NCBI GenBank assembly: GCA_002633005.1
Contig: NMRA01000522.1
Location: 74,270 to 138,269 of the forward strand
DNA length: 64,000 nucleotides
Origin: Phoronis australis
Taxonomy: Eukaryota; Animalia; Phoronida
Reading direction: 5' to 3'
Part shown: in pieces, positions 35,807 to 50,050 of the stretch
Layout of the letters: each line of letters begins with the position of its first letter
Numbering within the stretch: position 1 is the stretch's first letter
Program-made: the position numbers and the translations under genes
Notes under the pieces: model-generated
Seen by the model: only the letters and a program-made list of their open reading frames with translations
What the model was told of the DNA's origin: nothing
Database searches by the model: none

Positions 35807-37692
35807 CATTCTTTAGACAAAACCTTGCCTTTTGTGATATAATGAGGTGAGTGCCTTAAAGTCAGCTATCAGTCAAGCGTGGTGAGCAGCGGATAAAAGA
35901 ATTTCAGAAATGGGATCAAAATGACTACTTGGTAAATTATGAATCAATCTTATTTCTCATAAAAAAGATAAGATGAAGACTCAAAGGCTTAAGCGCCATA
36001 TATATGACGCCCTTTACACCCGTCAAGTGCATATTTATGTATGTTATGCATTTAGGTATTAACGCAAATATGCAGGGTGTATACTTACACCGCCTTTAGA
36101 GGCCGTGTAAATATTAACTAGAACATGAATACGCGATTTAAATTGATACACAGAATCCGATGTTATTGTAGCATGGATATAATTTCATTCCTTCAGGCGA
36201 CAACAACACTTCCTCTTTTTAAAGAACGTCCACAAATGCATTGCAGTATCTGTTGTCACGCGTGGTCAGGAAGGGTCTTTTATTCAAACGATGCGGCTTC
36301 GGCGTGAAATTTCCGTGGCTTTTGTACGTCACGGTTTCACTGGATGTACACCGTCCCTAAGAAATTCAATTCACATACTTATTCCGTGAATCAAGTACGA
36401 TAACGCCTTAATCTTCCAGGGAAATTCAAAGCTTGCATGTAGCCTACCAACAGGGGGTTCTCCTGCATGGGCGTGGAGATTGATTTTAAGTGCTTTTGAC
36501 AACAACCGATTCATTGCAGCGGAAATTTAGCAGTGCGCTGCAATAGTGGTTTAGAGTAACACCCAATTTTGTACAAGTGGGGTTGCTCGGCCGGTCTTCA
36601 GAGCTCCATTTAGGATTGCCGACTCTGGTTGAAAATTCTAAAGTGGCAAAGGTTCAATAGGCTGGTAGTGCAGAACAAGAGGATCAGCACTTCCAGCAGC
36701 TGAACATGCCGAGGATGTGCTCATCATAAGAGATAGGCAGACAAGATCTGGGAACTTCAGAGTCCAGACGGTAGAGATAAGCCGTTGGAGAAGGGGTGTA
36801 AAAAGATCAGCGAGAGGAAATGAGACGATCTGAAGAAGAAGTACTTCAAGCCAAATCTGAGGAGCTTGGACAACAGGGCCCTCAAACAAGGTGGAATTTA
36901 TCGGAAAGGCGCCTGACGTGGACATCGTTGCGGCCGTTCGAGCCACTACGTATAACATTTCTGCTGAGATCAGTTGATGTTATTTTACCCTCACCTGTGT
37001 AGCTTTACCTACAGGGATTTACCAAAGATCCAAAGTGTCAACTGAAATACAGATTTCCCCATCTTCCGTGAGGCTGGAAGATCATAGACACCATAAATAT
37101 GCGCTCAGTTATTGTTCGAACACACGTTCCTTTGAATATGAAAACGTCTACAACGAACAAGCAACACACAGATAATCCATCAAATTTCCTCTCAGTGCGT
37201 CTATAGACCTTTTGGACCACTCACTTACATTCGTTTGTGCCATGCCTTGTTGTCACAAAAACGCCACTTTTGTGAGAAATATGCTACCCAACATAATTTT
37301 TTCAAGTGATTCAGCACGAAAGTCTATTGAAACATATAACAGAGAATAGCCGACTGTAGTGTGAAACAGTTGAAACGGCTCTCCAAATCTGTGAGGACCC
37401 ATCAGATCAAAACAAGTGACCGGGAGTCGAGAGACCACCGAAAAAATATGCCAATGACTGGGTGAAGTTAAAGTTTGCAAGAAGAAATCAACAAGGTAAG
37501 TGAGTTAGCGGGGTACCATTTATTTCTTATATTCTACGAATTTCATGAACAGGCGTGACGAGTAAACAACTTGATTCGAAAATACGTAATTTCTGCAGTC
37601 ACAAGTTTTCCTAATAGGATACATGGCTAAGCCTGTCGAAGCCATACTAGTTTGGCTAAATGTTAGGTTACTCTTCAGCAAGGTACGTCCAG

Positions 37693-38095
37693 CGCCCGCG
37701 GTCTAATCTTTTTACTCGCAATCGAACTCGAATTTTTTGACATTTACCATTTCTCTCTCAAAGGAATTCATTGTAAATGTCCATAATTCGGCGCTTAAGT
37801 ACCGGATGAGTTACCTGGATATTTGTCTAACCCAGGTTGTAATTGATTACCCAAGTTTTAAAGTTATAAGTTCGAATCTTAATTCGAAATTTCGAGTTCA
37901 CGATTTTTGCATCAAATTTGTAGCTCGAGTCGGGGGTCATCAAGTGTTAACTTGAACTAAAAACATCTACGTAAACCATAATGAACTCACTCACAAGAAA
38001 GTAGATACCTACCCTGAGTTTCTATTTGAGTAGTCTAGAAAATGTTCAAAAAGATTTCGAGTTCAATTTCAAGTTTGGAGATGAGACCCCGAGCC
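37693..38095. mobile_element. PIF/Harbinger-type MITE
   Basis: Imperfect ~50-bp TIRs (cgcccgcggtctaatct...aactcgaattttttgacattt / aaatgttcaaaaagatttcgagtt...agatgagaccccgagcc) with a 3-bp TSD CAG. Confidence 0.55.
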
Positions 38096-38174
38096 CAGAT
38101 CATGGCGGCATGACCAGCTGTTAAAGAGGCATGGAATGCGAAAGTATGGGCATGAGCTGTCTTACTACATCTCT

Positions 38175-38988
38175 TGTGGCGCTTTTTATTTGCCCATCTT
38201 ACCAGAGATTAGTATTTTTTACCTTACTCATGTTTAGTCTCTAACTATTACTGGTATTGTATTAGTCATATAACTACCTTACTTATAATTGTATGTGTCA
38301 TATAAATGACCTTACTTGTAATCGTATTAGTCATAATAAATGACCTTATATCGCCTACCTAGGTCATCTCTGGTAACGAACTTGCGACGCACGAACTACC
38401 ATATATCATTCGGGACATGGTATTTTACTCGTTAAATATATTTATGTGAGCATATGGACCCGTCTCATTCCTTTCCCCCCTCAATTCGGTCTAGTCCATT
38501 ATTCCTTTGTGTAGGACTACTCGTCGTTCTCCCAGCCTCATTGGAGAGTTTGGTCAGCTCTGGGGGCTCTCATAGGCTGAGGATTGTCACGTGTCCTTAG
38601 GAATCCACATTTGTTATTGTAACCTCGTTTTCTCTTCACCTCCTTCGTTCCGGCCTCGTCGACGTACGTCTAAAACTTCTCAAATTTTCCCACCCCCTAC
38701 CATCTCCCTTCTCTCATTCTCTCGAACCTCCACGTGGCTGGCGCTTTTTATTTGCCCATCTTACCAGAGATTAGTATTTTTTGCCTTACTGATGTTTAGT
38801 CACTAACTATTACTGGTATTGTATCATTCATATAACTACCTTACTTATAATTGTATGTGTCATATAAATGACCTTACTTGTAATCGTATTAGTCATAATA
38901 AATGACCTTATATCGCCTACCCAGGTCTCAGTTTCATCTCTGGTAACGAGCTTGCGACGCACGAACTACCATATATCATTCGGGACAT
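38175..38988 (-). mobile_element. TRIM-like miniature LTR retroelement
   Basis: Two highly similar ~245-bp direct repeats (38175-38418, 38733-38988). On -: 5'LTR, PBS TGGAGGTTC-GAGA (38732-38720), ~250 bp non-coding interior, PPT GAGGGGGGAAAGGAA (38482-38468), then 3'LTR TGAGAC...GCCACA (38467-38175). Confidence 0.7.
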
Positions 38989-39570
38989 ATGTCGATCATA
39001 AATATCTTTTTAAATAATTCCTGTCAAAAGTACCATCTCGCAACGTCTAGTAGAGAGTCATACACTTTCCCCTGTGAAGAAATTTCCAAAAATCACAAAA
39101 AATTCGCGATTCTGGTTACGACAGAGTTTCTCATCTCCCTCCCACTTATGATAAATGCGCGCATGCGCTCAGTCAGTTCGTTGAAGTCGCTTGAGTTTAA
39201 AGGTCGCATTTTCTGCTTAAGGGAAATATGCTGCGTCTATTTCTTAGCACACCAAATAAGGAGACGTGCCTTGTGGGAGAAAAATCGACGAAGTGACGAG
39301 CAGATGACAGATCGTTTTTTGAAACATGAAACTAAAAGAAAATGTTTTGATATCAACAGAAATTAAAAATCGTTACGAACGAACCCTAAAAATACCTGGT
39401 GAGCAGGTTGAATTGTGTTTCATCGGCAGAGAACCACTTTCAATATTGCAATTTAGTCTGCTTATAGCGTTCCAGGCCTTTTTGATAGCTTGAGACTAAG
39501 AGAGGAAACCCAGAATAATGAAATCATTATAAAGGAAAATCCTTCACTTTTTGACAAAAGTGTGAAAGTA

Positions 39571-39711
39571 TACGATGGCCCAAAGATGACATCGCGCGTT
39601 TATTTTTTAATCATCTCAGAATCTCGAGATCCAGAGATAATTTAGTCGGGATCTCGAGATCCTGAGATAATTAAAAAAACAAACGTGCGATGTCATCTTT
39701 GGGCCACCGGA
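39571..39711. mobile_element. IS3EU-type MITE, 141-bp fold-back
   Basis: TACGATGGCCCAAAGATGACATCGC... / ...GCGATGTCATCTTTGGGCCACCGGA; 6-bp TSD AAAGTA (39565-39570, 39712-39717). TAY termini with a 6-bp TSD fit IS3EU. Confidence 0.65.
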
Positions 39712-42564
39712 AAAGTATGACCACTGTTGTAGTTATCCGTGATGATTTTTAAAAAGGACTAATTTTGCAATGTTCATAATTTAATCACTGGTTCAATTAA
39801 TTCTCCGCTTGAATTTATAAATATCTTATGATTTAGCAGGAATTCGACTGTGTCGTAGAACGTGATTACTTTCTGATGAAGCTATTCCCACGCCATTCAA
39901 AACTGACTAATCACACATCAACTGCAGCCGCGATTTGCGAGGACTGTTCATTTATTGACTTATTCCTAGCTTTCTTGTCGATAGCTGCCGGTCTTGTTCT
40001 TTGGCGAATTGAACACAACATGTGAATTTTCAATATCTCAAAACCTCTTGTTTTGGTTGATATCGGAAATTAACTGGCACTGTGTTTACGGAGTCCTAGC
40101 TCCTCAATATATTCATGCTAAGACGTGCTGCTCCTGATTTATTTGATTAACTGATGACTTAGGTCCGTCAGCGACGTGTCACCAACTAACAGCAAATGTC
40201 TCAACGTACAGCAACGTATTTTTAAAACCTTTTCTATCATTTGCACGATACAAACGTCATTTATCTTTCAACAGATTCCGAATTTGATCTCAGAATGCAA
40301 CTTCTCATTATCTTCCGAAGCTTTGTTTTTAATTAATATTGAGTACAAGATTGTGCTGTGTCTGCCACTTTCCAAATTTTTTCTTTACGGAGCCTTCGAT
40401 CTGCAGCCGTTTACTGGATCTTTAACAATATTTAATTGGTTAGTATGCAGATTTACCTTGCCAACAGCTATTCAGTATGCACCCGTTTTTGGTTACGTCT
40501 TCCCATTCTTGAGATCTATTGATGGCTATGGTAAAACACTGCGACGTGTATAGAACTTGACAGCAGGGTCACAGGGTACAAGAACAATAACACAGGTTCT
40601 GCTCCTTTCATATTCGTATCACGATACAGACCTCATTTTGTCCGATTAACATGATACTTGCTCACAATATGAATCCATTCAATATCTCGAAGTATTTTTG
40701 GTGGCACTAGACACAAGATGGCACTGTGTCGTCAATTTATCTTTGTTTCGCTCTAAAGACTCATAAAACCACGTTCCCTTGATATACCTTTCTGAAATTT
40801 AGTAAGCTGATGTATCTGATTAAAAGCTACAAAAAGCGTTGAATCCGTTATCCCCTACGACTTACCATTCTCGAGTTATTGGAGATTTTCTTACTACTAT
40901 TCAATCATTGGCTGGTCATCCCTTGTCGATTGAACCCCGTTGGGTAAAACATTTTGATTCTCAATCATTTTGGTAGTCATCATTTCTTTTTGTTGTTTTT
41001 ATAACATTCGTCATCATCATTTTCGTCATTATAATAATATCCACTTTCATTAAAATTTGAATGGTAGACTTCAGGGTGTGTTGTATGAATCTTATGTCGT
41101 CGTTCTCGTCATCTGTGACGGCATCTTTGTGGACGACAGCGTCGCTAGCTGTGGCATAGACGGTGTCGGTGGCGTCGGCTACGTCGTCGCCGTCATTGGC
41201 ATAGTAATCATAGTGTACAGGGTCAACTTCTGGGGCTAGGACGCTGTCAACTCGTCGGCGTCGTCAGTCTCGTTTTTATTACTGGTAGTTGCATTTTCGA
41301 CGATGGGTGGTGGATTGCAGACGGTAGTAAAGTTGTGGTTGGCGGTGGGGTCACTTTAGGCGTTTTGAATCTTCTTCTGTAGTCTATTTCACCGAGAGTA
41401 TTGCTTTTAAAAATGCTTGCGTTTTAAAGTTTCCAATATGCCAACCGCAGCCAATGTCTAGACGCTGGATATCAATTTCTGGCGGCATTCAATCACGTTC
41501 ATTAAATTCTAAAATATTATATGCCAACATACCTTAACCAGTCTTCAGTGAACCTTTAGAGGGGCTAGCAACAACGGAGGAGCCATGTCTTGAAAATAAC
41601 ACACAATTCCCAACTGGTTAAGGCTAGTTGCTAGATGAATATTTAAAGTGCTTACCGGCATTTTAACAAGTGCCAACATTGTCAGCATCTCTAAGCCTTC
41701 CTTTATACCACTGTTAACAAGTGGCAACATTGCCAGCATCTATAAGCCTTCATTTATACCACTGCATACCACAACAGTTAATTCAATGTGCCAAAACGCG
41801 AACATAGAAGAAAGACGATTCAAGAAGCTAACGATTTGCATACAACTTCCTCTACTACAGCAAGAAACAATCATATCTTCTTTTTTACTAGCAAGTGTTG
41901 CTTTTGTAGCATGCTCGCTTTGAAATGTGTAGAGTACTGAATGTAAATATCGTCTTACCTTTTCCCCGTACGAACGCAATGCATTCACACCTAATTGTAT
42001 ATTTGGATATCGTGTATATTTACATACGTATGTGAAATACTACATATAAACGGGTCCTAAGACTACACAATCATTTTGAAAAAGTAAACACTTCAGTTTT
42101 AATACCCATCTTAAGACTGGAACATACTGTACTTTTAGGCTGAATTCCATTGCTAGACTCGGACCAGGTTCGTTAAAAAAATTGTTTCCAAACAGTAGAA
42201 GAAGCAGCAGTATGGCCTCGTTGCGCCAGTCTGTGACAAAACAAAGCATCATCAGTCATGCTCATAACTACAATTAATAGCACGTGAATATCAATGTATG
42301 GGATGGTGGACTCACTATTTCAGACAACAGAAAACATTCTGAATCCAAACCCCAACAACGTTTTCTTTCATTGTAGGCAACACACATACGTTCCCACACG
42401 TGTTGGTGTTTGCATAATGCTGGAGGTACTTCAGAAGTTTTGAAGAAATTTGCAAAGTTCATTAAGTACATTAAAATTTAAATTGTTGTTACGAAACCTT
42501 CCTGAGATCAGTTTCATACACACAACTAATTCTGAAAAAATGATTAAATCTCATTTGTGTAAAA

Positions 42565-42890
42565 GTCCTAAGCCTCCAACTGCTGGTTACTAACTCTACT
42601 TCCTATAAATTATTTCTAGACTGAGGTAGGCCCATAATTACTTGACTAAACATTTCACGGTCCTAAGCCTCCAACTGCTGGTTACTAACTCTACTTCCTA
42701 TAAATTATTTCTAGACTGAGGTAGGCCCATAATTACTTGACTAAACATTTCTCGGTCCTAAGCCTCCAACTGCTGGTTACTAACTCTACTTCCTATAAAT
42801 TATTTCTAGACTGAGGTAGGCCCATAATTACTTGACTAAACATTTCTAGACTGAGGTAGGCCCATAATTACTTAACTAAACATTTCTCGG
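42565..42890. repeat. Tandem repeat, 3 x 95 bp plus a partial unit
   Basis: Unit gtcctaagcctccaactgctgg...ctaaacatttc(a/t)cg starts at 42565, 42660 and 42755; the copies are near-identical. Confidence 0.9.
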
Positions 42891-44809
42891 CAAATTTGAA
42901 GTGGGAGCGAAAAACAAACCAAATGTCTGTGATAAGTCTTGAGCCACTACAGTCCTAGAGTATACACGCAGGTATCATTCAGCAGAACAATTTTTATCAC
43001 TGGTTGATGTAACCTCGGCAGTTATTGGTTAGCTTGACATTAAAGAAAGTTTTTTTCTCGACTGCAAATACTTCGTTTCTGCAGTAATGTTTAATAGCCG
43101 CGTGCTTGAAGCACATATAATGGACACACATCTGGCCGTTTAACCGGTGTGTTATTCATACTGTGTGAATACAGGACAGCAACGCAAACAAAAGTCAGCG
43201 ACAGTAGAAAAATGCACAACGAAATAGCACAACCACAACTTTGTTGAAATATTCCAATTAAGCACCGATTTGTCTGCACAACAGACAACACATTATATCC
43301 AAATTCACGCTTCCTCCATCAGTCATTTCAATTTGTTTACGTAAGGCTCTACCCGTTGAAAATTCGACCAGTCAATTCCCCAGAAAAATTAAATAATACC
43401 GGCGTGCACTCTACCACCTAGCGGACACACAGGAACCAGCGGTGGACTGATATTCTGTAGGACATTATCGACAAAACTATGAATCTGTATAAGTTTGTAC
43501 TTCCTGAAACTAGAAAGAGTGTAGACTTTGATTTTTAACTTTAATAATTGTCATTTTGGCTCACGTGCCCATGTCCTCCTGGTAGTAAAATTTACCAAAC
43601 AGGAAGGTATCTTCATGTTCAATATGAAATCTCGGAAACCTTGTCAAGGTTTTCTAAAATGTTGTTTCGCTTTCGTTTTATGCAGCTTTCAAGACTTTAT
43701 CATGAAATTTATAAAGTCATTTTGATAGCCGCTAATGCAAAAGTAGAACAGTTTAAAAACAATCCCAAACATCGTTTTGAAGAATAACAAATGAAAACTT
43801 CATATTTATACGATGAGCCATTTCTGAGGTATGATCGGAGGTCAGAATCGTTGTCAGACTTACAGAATTGTCTGTTAATATTGACTCAATGATCTGACCT
43901 ATTTTTTGGCATATTTTTCACGGAATTAGGAATCTTTAGCTAACACGAGCCTGGGTGCAATTTTTTTTAAATTATGAAGTGGTGGCAGGGTATTTCTTGA
44001 CAAAACAGACTTCATATATAGAGAAACACTAAAATGTCCCTTATCAGTTATTTCATCACAATCTTGCTGGACACTAATATTTATTTTACAGTGTACGCGA
44101 GCTATAAACCTCAGCATAAATATATTCCTTAAGCCGCCTATGTATGAAAATAACACGCTATTTAACATTAATGAGTGCGATCATCACAGCTTACACAGTA
44201 TGGTAATGGTCACCAAATACGAACACTTCAACTCTGTTGAAGAACGAATTACGGCAGAAAAGAGTTCAGAAAATGTCACCTGAGGAAATGCCCGGATGAA
44301 CACATTTTGTCACGTCCGCAAAACGCTTCTCGAACATGAGTAATTAACGTCAAGTTATTGTACTTTCGGTCATTAGTCAGTGTCTGATGCATTAACAAGT
44401 TGAAAGAAGAAGGCGAGATTAGAATAATATTGTTCGATCTTCAATGTTGCGACTGATTGTTTTCTAGTTTTGTAACTCCAGAAATGTCTTGTCAAAGTGT
44501 CGAAGTGTTCGGTGAACAATCTAGGCTAAGGTCTGTGTCTTTAAAAACAGTGATATATTTAATGTTATTTATGTCGCGATCTTTCTTTCAAGCGGTGCTA
44601 AAGGGGGCGATACAAGACACTGGAAATAGATATTTAAGGGGGCGAGACAATACAGTGGAAATAGATGCTTAAGGGGGCGATACAATGTATTGGAAATAGT
44701 TAACGCATGGGTTAGCAGTGACACGGTTATCGTAGTTAATCTTTCACGAAGACCTACAAGCGGAAAGCAAATGTTGGGGTACTCTCCACTTTGTATGCTA
44801 CATGTTGAC

Positions 44810-45287
44810 ATGTATGTATGTAGGTATGTATGTATGTATGTATGTATGTATGTATGAATGAATGTTTGTATGTATGAATGTATGAATGTATGTATGTATG
44901 TATTTATGTATGTATGTATGTATTTATGTATGTATGTATGTATGTGTGTATGTATTTATGTATGGATATATGTATGTATGTATTTATGTATGTATGTATG
45001 TATTTATGTATGTATGTATGTATGCATTTATGTATATATGTATGTATGTATGTATGTATTTATGTATGTATTTATGTATGTATATATGTATGTATGTATG
45101 TATTTATGTATGTATGTATGTACGTATGTATGTATTTATATATGTATTTATGTAAGTATGTATGTATGTATTTATTTATGTGTGTATGTATGTATTTATT
45201 TATGTATGTATGCATTTATGTATGAATGTATGTGTATATGTATGTATATATGAATGCATGTATGTATGTGTGTATTCATGCATGTAT
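44810..45287. repeat. (TATG)n microsatellite
   Basis: Read directly; explains the MYVCMY ORFs. Confidence 0.95.
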
Positions 45288-48254
45288 TTCTTGACAGAGG
45301 CTTCCAGCTCTCATTACAAGAATTTAATTTATACTGGACAAAAATCGTTTGCGGAATTTAACAAATCCATCCCCCCGTGTATATCAGCTTCTTCACAATA
45401 TTTTTCTTTTGGGTTCTGTGTTCACACAAAATCTGACACAGTGTCTCAAAATTTGAAAGTTGTTAGTCGGCAGTAGACTTCAATTGTATGACATAAAGCT
45501 CATTGAATAAATACCGTTGCCTCAGATCTTTATACTGAGGACATTCTAACAAAAATGTTTTTCGGTTTCAAGTAGATTGTTGATACATAACTATCCTATT
45601 ACCCGGATCTAACTTCATACGTTTTCCTATTTAAAATCATTAAGGAGCGCTGGACTATTCTGGGAGATAAGTTGAACAGAAATGCCGACTATACTGGATA
45701 GACATCCGGTTAGCTTTGTAATTACATTCCTCTCCCGTCTTCTACAAATAGCTTAACATTTACACTTAATTTTAATTGGTTTTAAGCGTAAACCTAAAAT
45801 TGTTTCAAAAACCTGATAATGTCTTCAACATTTTTTGAATCACTCTACTGAGTGTCAAAATGTTTCGAATGATCTCGGATAGTCGGTATAGTTGTAAAAA
45901 TCTCGCTTTCTTGTAAAAGGTCAAATCCGATATGAAAAAAACCCGTCAGTTGGATAAATTCTACAAATCAATCGAGCTACTAATTCCAACCAATCAGGTC
46001 GTAGGAATTTGCTAACACTACGATAGTCCGCCATCTTTGTCCTATAAACATTGGTTGTGAAAAAGCGTTAAGGTGACTTACGACACAACTGTGGAACTGA
46101 CAATGCAAATCAATTGAGAACGAGAGAGAGAGAAAGTGTCTGTCGCTGATAAAAGCATGCAGTACACTTCACAGTTAGATGAATATATGCTTGAATAAAC
46201 ATAGGCTAATATCGAATGTTTGTGGACAAACAAGCAAGTGACAGAAAAAAAAATCAGTTGCATAACGTTTCACAAATATATTATGTTTTATTTTTTAAAG
46301 GTACCTATTGAGAAAAGACAATTAGACGTGTAATTATGAATGTAGATGACTGCGCGACTTACTGAAAAGTCAACCCAGACATTGAATACTAGACCACTAT
46401 TTACACTAAAAAGACTTTCAGATGTAGTCAAATTACGTGGAGGTAGTTTTTCCCATTGTCATTTGTAGTTTATCAGAGCACCTGACCTTGTCGCCGAAAT
46501 AAGAGTACAACACGACCCAACAACTGCACTGGGTGTCTAGTGTACGCTTTTGTTGGTTTAAAAATGAGAATGTGAAACAAAAAATAACACTATTTCCTGT
46601 TGTTCAATATAATTATGATGAAACGACCAACTAAACCCAATGGACTCTGTGGAAATAAGAAACATACAGCTTGATCTTTTCCCTGCGTTATTTTCACCTC
46701 GAAAAACTGCTTTTTAGACTTGCGAGGTAACCAGGTGAAATGTACCTCGTTGTACACTCATGGAAATGACAAAAAGTGTGAACAGACACTAATATGAATT
46801 CAGTCACGGGTTTCCTTATCACACAGTAAAATGGTTTGCAAACAACATGGCGAGCTGCATAACCTAGGTAACATAATACAGAGGATGTGTTATGAGCTGA
46901 ATTGTGTGATGGATTCTAATGTCGTTAATGGTGGGACATGATTGGTTTATCTGAAAATAGTCGGATGAAACGCGCTCGTAATATGAGAACCAGTTTGATG
47001 TCCGTTATTAGTGGAGAAAACTGGTTCTCAAAATTCGGGCACGTTTCCGACCATTACCGTTGCTCTTAAACGGTCACGTGTCCATGACATCACGCGTTGC
47101 TGCAGTTCAAGGAAGTTAAAGTTGGTGAAGCCTATTTTACTGGGTTTGAATAATTTGGATTTGAGAGAAGTGAAAATTTTACGAGTTTCCACAACGTTTT
47201 GAATATTTTCAACAAACACGATTCAAAAGGAGGCGGACTTGCGATCAAGGCTGATAAACATGATGATGACGTCACCAATATTTCCGAGAGGGTGGTGAGC
47301 ATAAACAAACGCGGTAGATAGAGTTCTTCATCTACCTCGTGTAGAAGTAAATGTCCTAGTTTCAGAACTTACAATACTACACTGATGATCGCATGTTATA
47401 CACGAACATGGCGATCATACTCCACAAGTCATGGTTGACCGAGATGGATGAGGTACACGGAGAAAATACAGAGTAAGGCTTAAATATTGAAATGCTGATA
47501 ACTCGGTCATCGATCGAGCTCCCTGTGTAAATACCAGCAACTTATTGTTTTAATCGGTGAACCGATCCAATACAAAACCTCGACAAGTTGTCTCAATGTT
47601 CGTCTTGACATCCAATTTCTGCTCTGGTGACCGCACAGCATTCCGTCTTTTGATCATCACCTTTGTATTGTTAAAAGGTTTGGCTATCTAAAATGCTTGG
47701 TGCTATCATTGAAAATTGGCGTCTGCTTGATTGGCTGAGAATTTGGAGTTTTGTACGACGTATGACGGTTACGACTTGCATTTGTTTAATTGTTAAGTTT
47801 GTTCTGATTGAAAAAGTATTAGTTGTTGACTCCTTGATACATTTGTGCTCAGTCGTGACTTTTCTAAAATCTTCTACTATTAGCTAGCGGGAAGTTGAAA
47901 ATTGGCAAGAAATTCAGGAGCCATTCAGAAAATTTGAATATGTAAGAAATCTGACTGATCGAGTCCCACGTTTCACCTGATAAATCTGGAAGGTTTGGGC
48001 AGCCCGAATACATTGTACCTCCGTTCATAGTCTCTCCCGAATTCTGGGTTTGAGGTGAAAACTTGATGATTTGGTTATTTTTGATGCTTAATTGGGATGC
48101 CTCGTTTACTGAGGTGACTTATGACAAAAATCGAATTTGGTATTTTATTCTCATATATTCCTTGGCATATGAATCTATTTCCGCTACCAAGAAGAACATA
48201 GAAACTCGAGAAAACGTGTTGGAATTTATTGGGATTGGTCAATCCTAAAATTGT

Positions 48255-48480
48255 GGATTTGAGAGAGACGCATGCACGCATTACCTGCGACTTGACCGAC
48301 TCCATTGCGGATTGGAGAGAGACGCATGCAAGCATTACCTGCGACTTGAGTGACCGACTCCATTGCGGATTGGAGAGAGACGCATGCAAGCATTACCTGC
48401 GACTTGAGTGACCGACTCCATTGCGGATTGGAGAGAGACGCATGCACGAATACCTGCGACTTGAGTGACCCGCTCCATCG
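48255..48480. repeat. Tandem repeat, about 4 x 59 bp
   Basis: Unit ggattggagagagacgcatgcaagcattacctgcgacttgagtgaccgactccattgc. Confidence 0.9.
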
Positions 48481-48610
48481 GCAATAATTCAAAGTCGCAA
48501 GAACGTGATAATAATTTCAAGGATATGTAGGAGCTTACTTTTAAATTTTTAACTTTTTTGCAATATTTAATACCTGTCTGGATGAATTTCTTGTAAATTT
48601 CAGAATGACA

Positions 48611-48690
48611 TTTATTTATTTATTTATGTAATATTTACAATGAGGGTAGCCCCAGCAGTTCACACTGCTTTCCATGGCGGCCCTCAGGAC
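48611..48690 (-). mobile_element. Isolated LINE/SINE 3' tail
   Basis: On -: gaggg..gcagt-gtga-actgc..ccctc stem-loop followed by (AAAT)n. Confidence 0.4.
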
Positions 48691-49269
48691 ATCTTCTTGC
48701 TTATGGTAGACAAAATGATTTCCCAGACCCACCTAACGGCGTGGAAATTTGTTTACTACTTAGATTACGGAGCTGTCACTCAAATCGAATCTGCAGTCAG
48801 GCATAGAACAGTTGCGTGTATACCCACACTCCATTCATCCACTGAGTCGCCATAATATTGAGCCAACGAGGAGTACGCCTTCATAGCATAGAAAATGCCC
48901 CTGAATACGAAGACAAAACGCAGTTTTGGTCCTGAGAGAGTTGTACGGTTATCTCATTGGTAGTACGTCTGTGGGCCGTTACGAGTCGCCGTCTGGCACT
49001 TTGTGTTCACGAACAGAGCAAGTTGTAAAAATGATAAATCCTCACCCAAATTCATTAATTCTATTGGTTATTTGATGTTTCGCTGGTTCGATCTTGTACT
49101 TACAGGGCGCTTTAACCACCGTCTCGATTTCTATTGCCCATTTTGTAGTTGGTTTTGGGATATCAGTCTCCCCGGAATGAACTTCATATGTTGTGCTGGC
49201 CTTCTTTCTTTTTGGCCAAGTTTAATTCGATTCACTGAAACCTGACTTATAAAATCAAAACGTTTTATT

Positions 49270-50050
49270 GAAGTTTCAGAAGAGGCTTCCTGCCAAACTC
49301 CCAACTCCAGGGAGTGATTACCATCATACCCAAAGGAAATAAACCGAGAAATAATATAAAAAATTGGAGGCCTATTTCTCTCTTGAATATCAGTTACAAA
49401 CTTTTGTCGCCTTGTATTTCCCAATGAGTTCGTTCTGTAATACAAAAGTTAATACACCGTGACCAAAAGGGTTTTCTCTCTGGGCATTTCATAACAGAAA
49501 ATACAAGGCAGACTAATGACTTGATGCAGTTTACTGAGCAGTTTAATAAACCGGGTTTATTTGTTCTGGTGGACTTTGAAAAGGCGTTTGACTCATTGTC
49601 TTGTTCTTTTATTGACAAAGTTTTAAGTTTCTTTAATTTTGGTCACTCAATGAAAAAATGGGTCCATATACTAAACAGAGGGGCAAAGCAATGTGGTTTC
49701 GTAGACTACTTTGTCAAAGTACTATATGTCCATGGGCAGTTTTAGCAAATGGTCTGTTTTAAAGAGTTTCAAAGAATTACTTACTGTTCGGCGATTTCTA
49801 TTGTACAAAGATGTCCCAAATGACTTCTAATGTGTTTTGGAAAGAGGTCTTTCAATATGTCCATGAATTCAGATTGTTAGTTCCCGAAAACGATGGTATT
49901 CATCAGCCTCTATGGTTTAATTCGAATATACTGATAGATAACAAGCCTGTTTTCCATTAACGGTGGTATCAAAAAGGCATATCTCATGTACACGACTTAC
50001 TTAATTCTGATGGTTGTTTCCTTAATTATGAGGAGTTTATGCAGAATGCT
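49270..50050 (+). mobile_element. Internally deleted Tx1/L1 ORF2 remnant
   Basis: QGVITIIPKGNKPR, KNWRPISLLNISYKL, PGLFVLVDFEKAFDSLS, then a jump to QPLWFNSNILIDNK..WYQKGISHVHDLLNSDG. Same clade as 22007-28099 but a diverged copy. Confidence 0.8.

Noticed and set aside
36438-37013. Second solo LTR
   Set aside because: LTR-like composition and a ...TACA end, but no matching TG start with a TSD could be found.
40490-40560. Helitron helicase motif from CFTIAINRSQE on the minus strand
   Set aside because: One weak motif-like match surrounded by stops, with no other helicase motifs.
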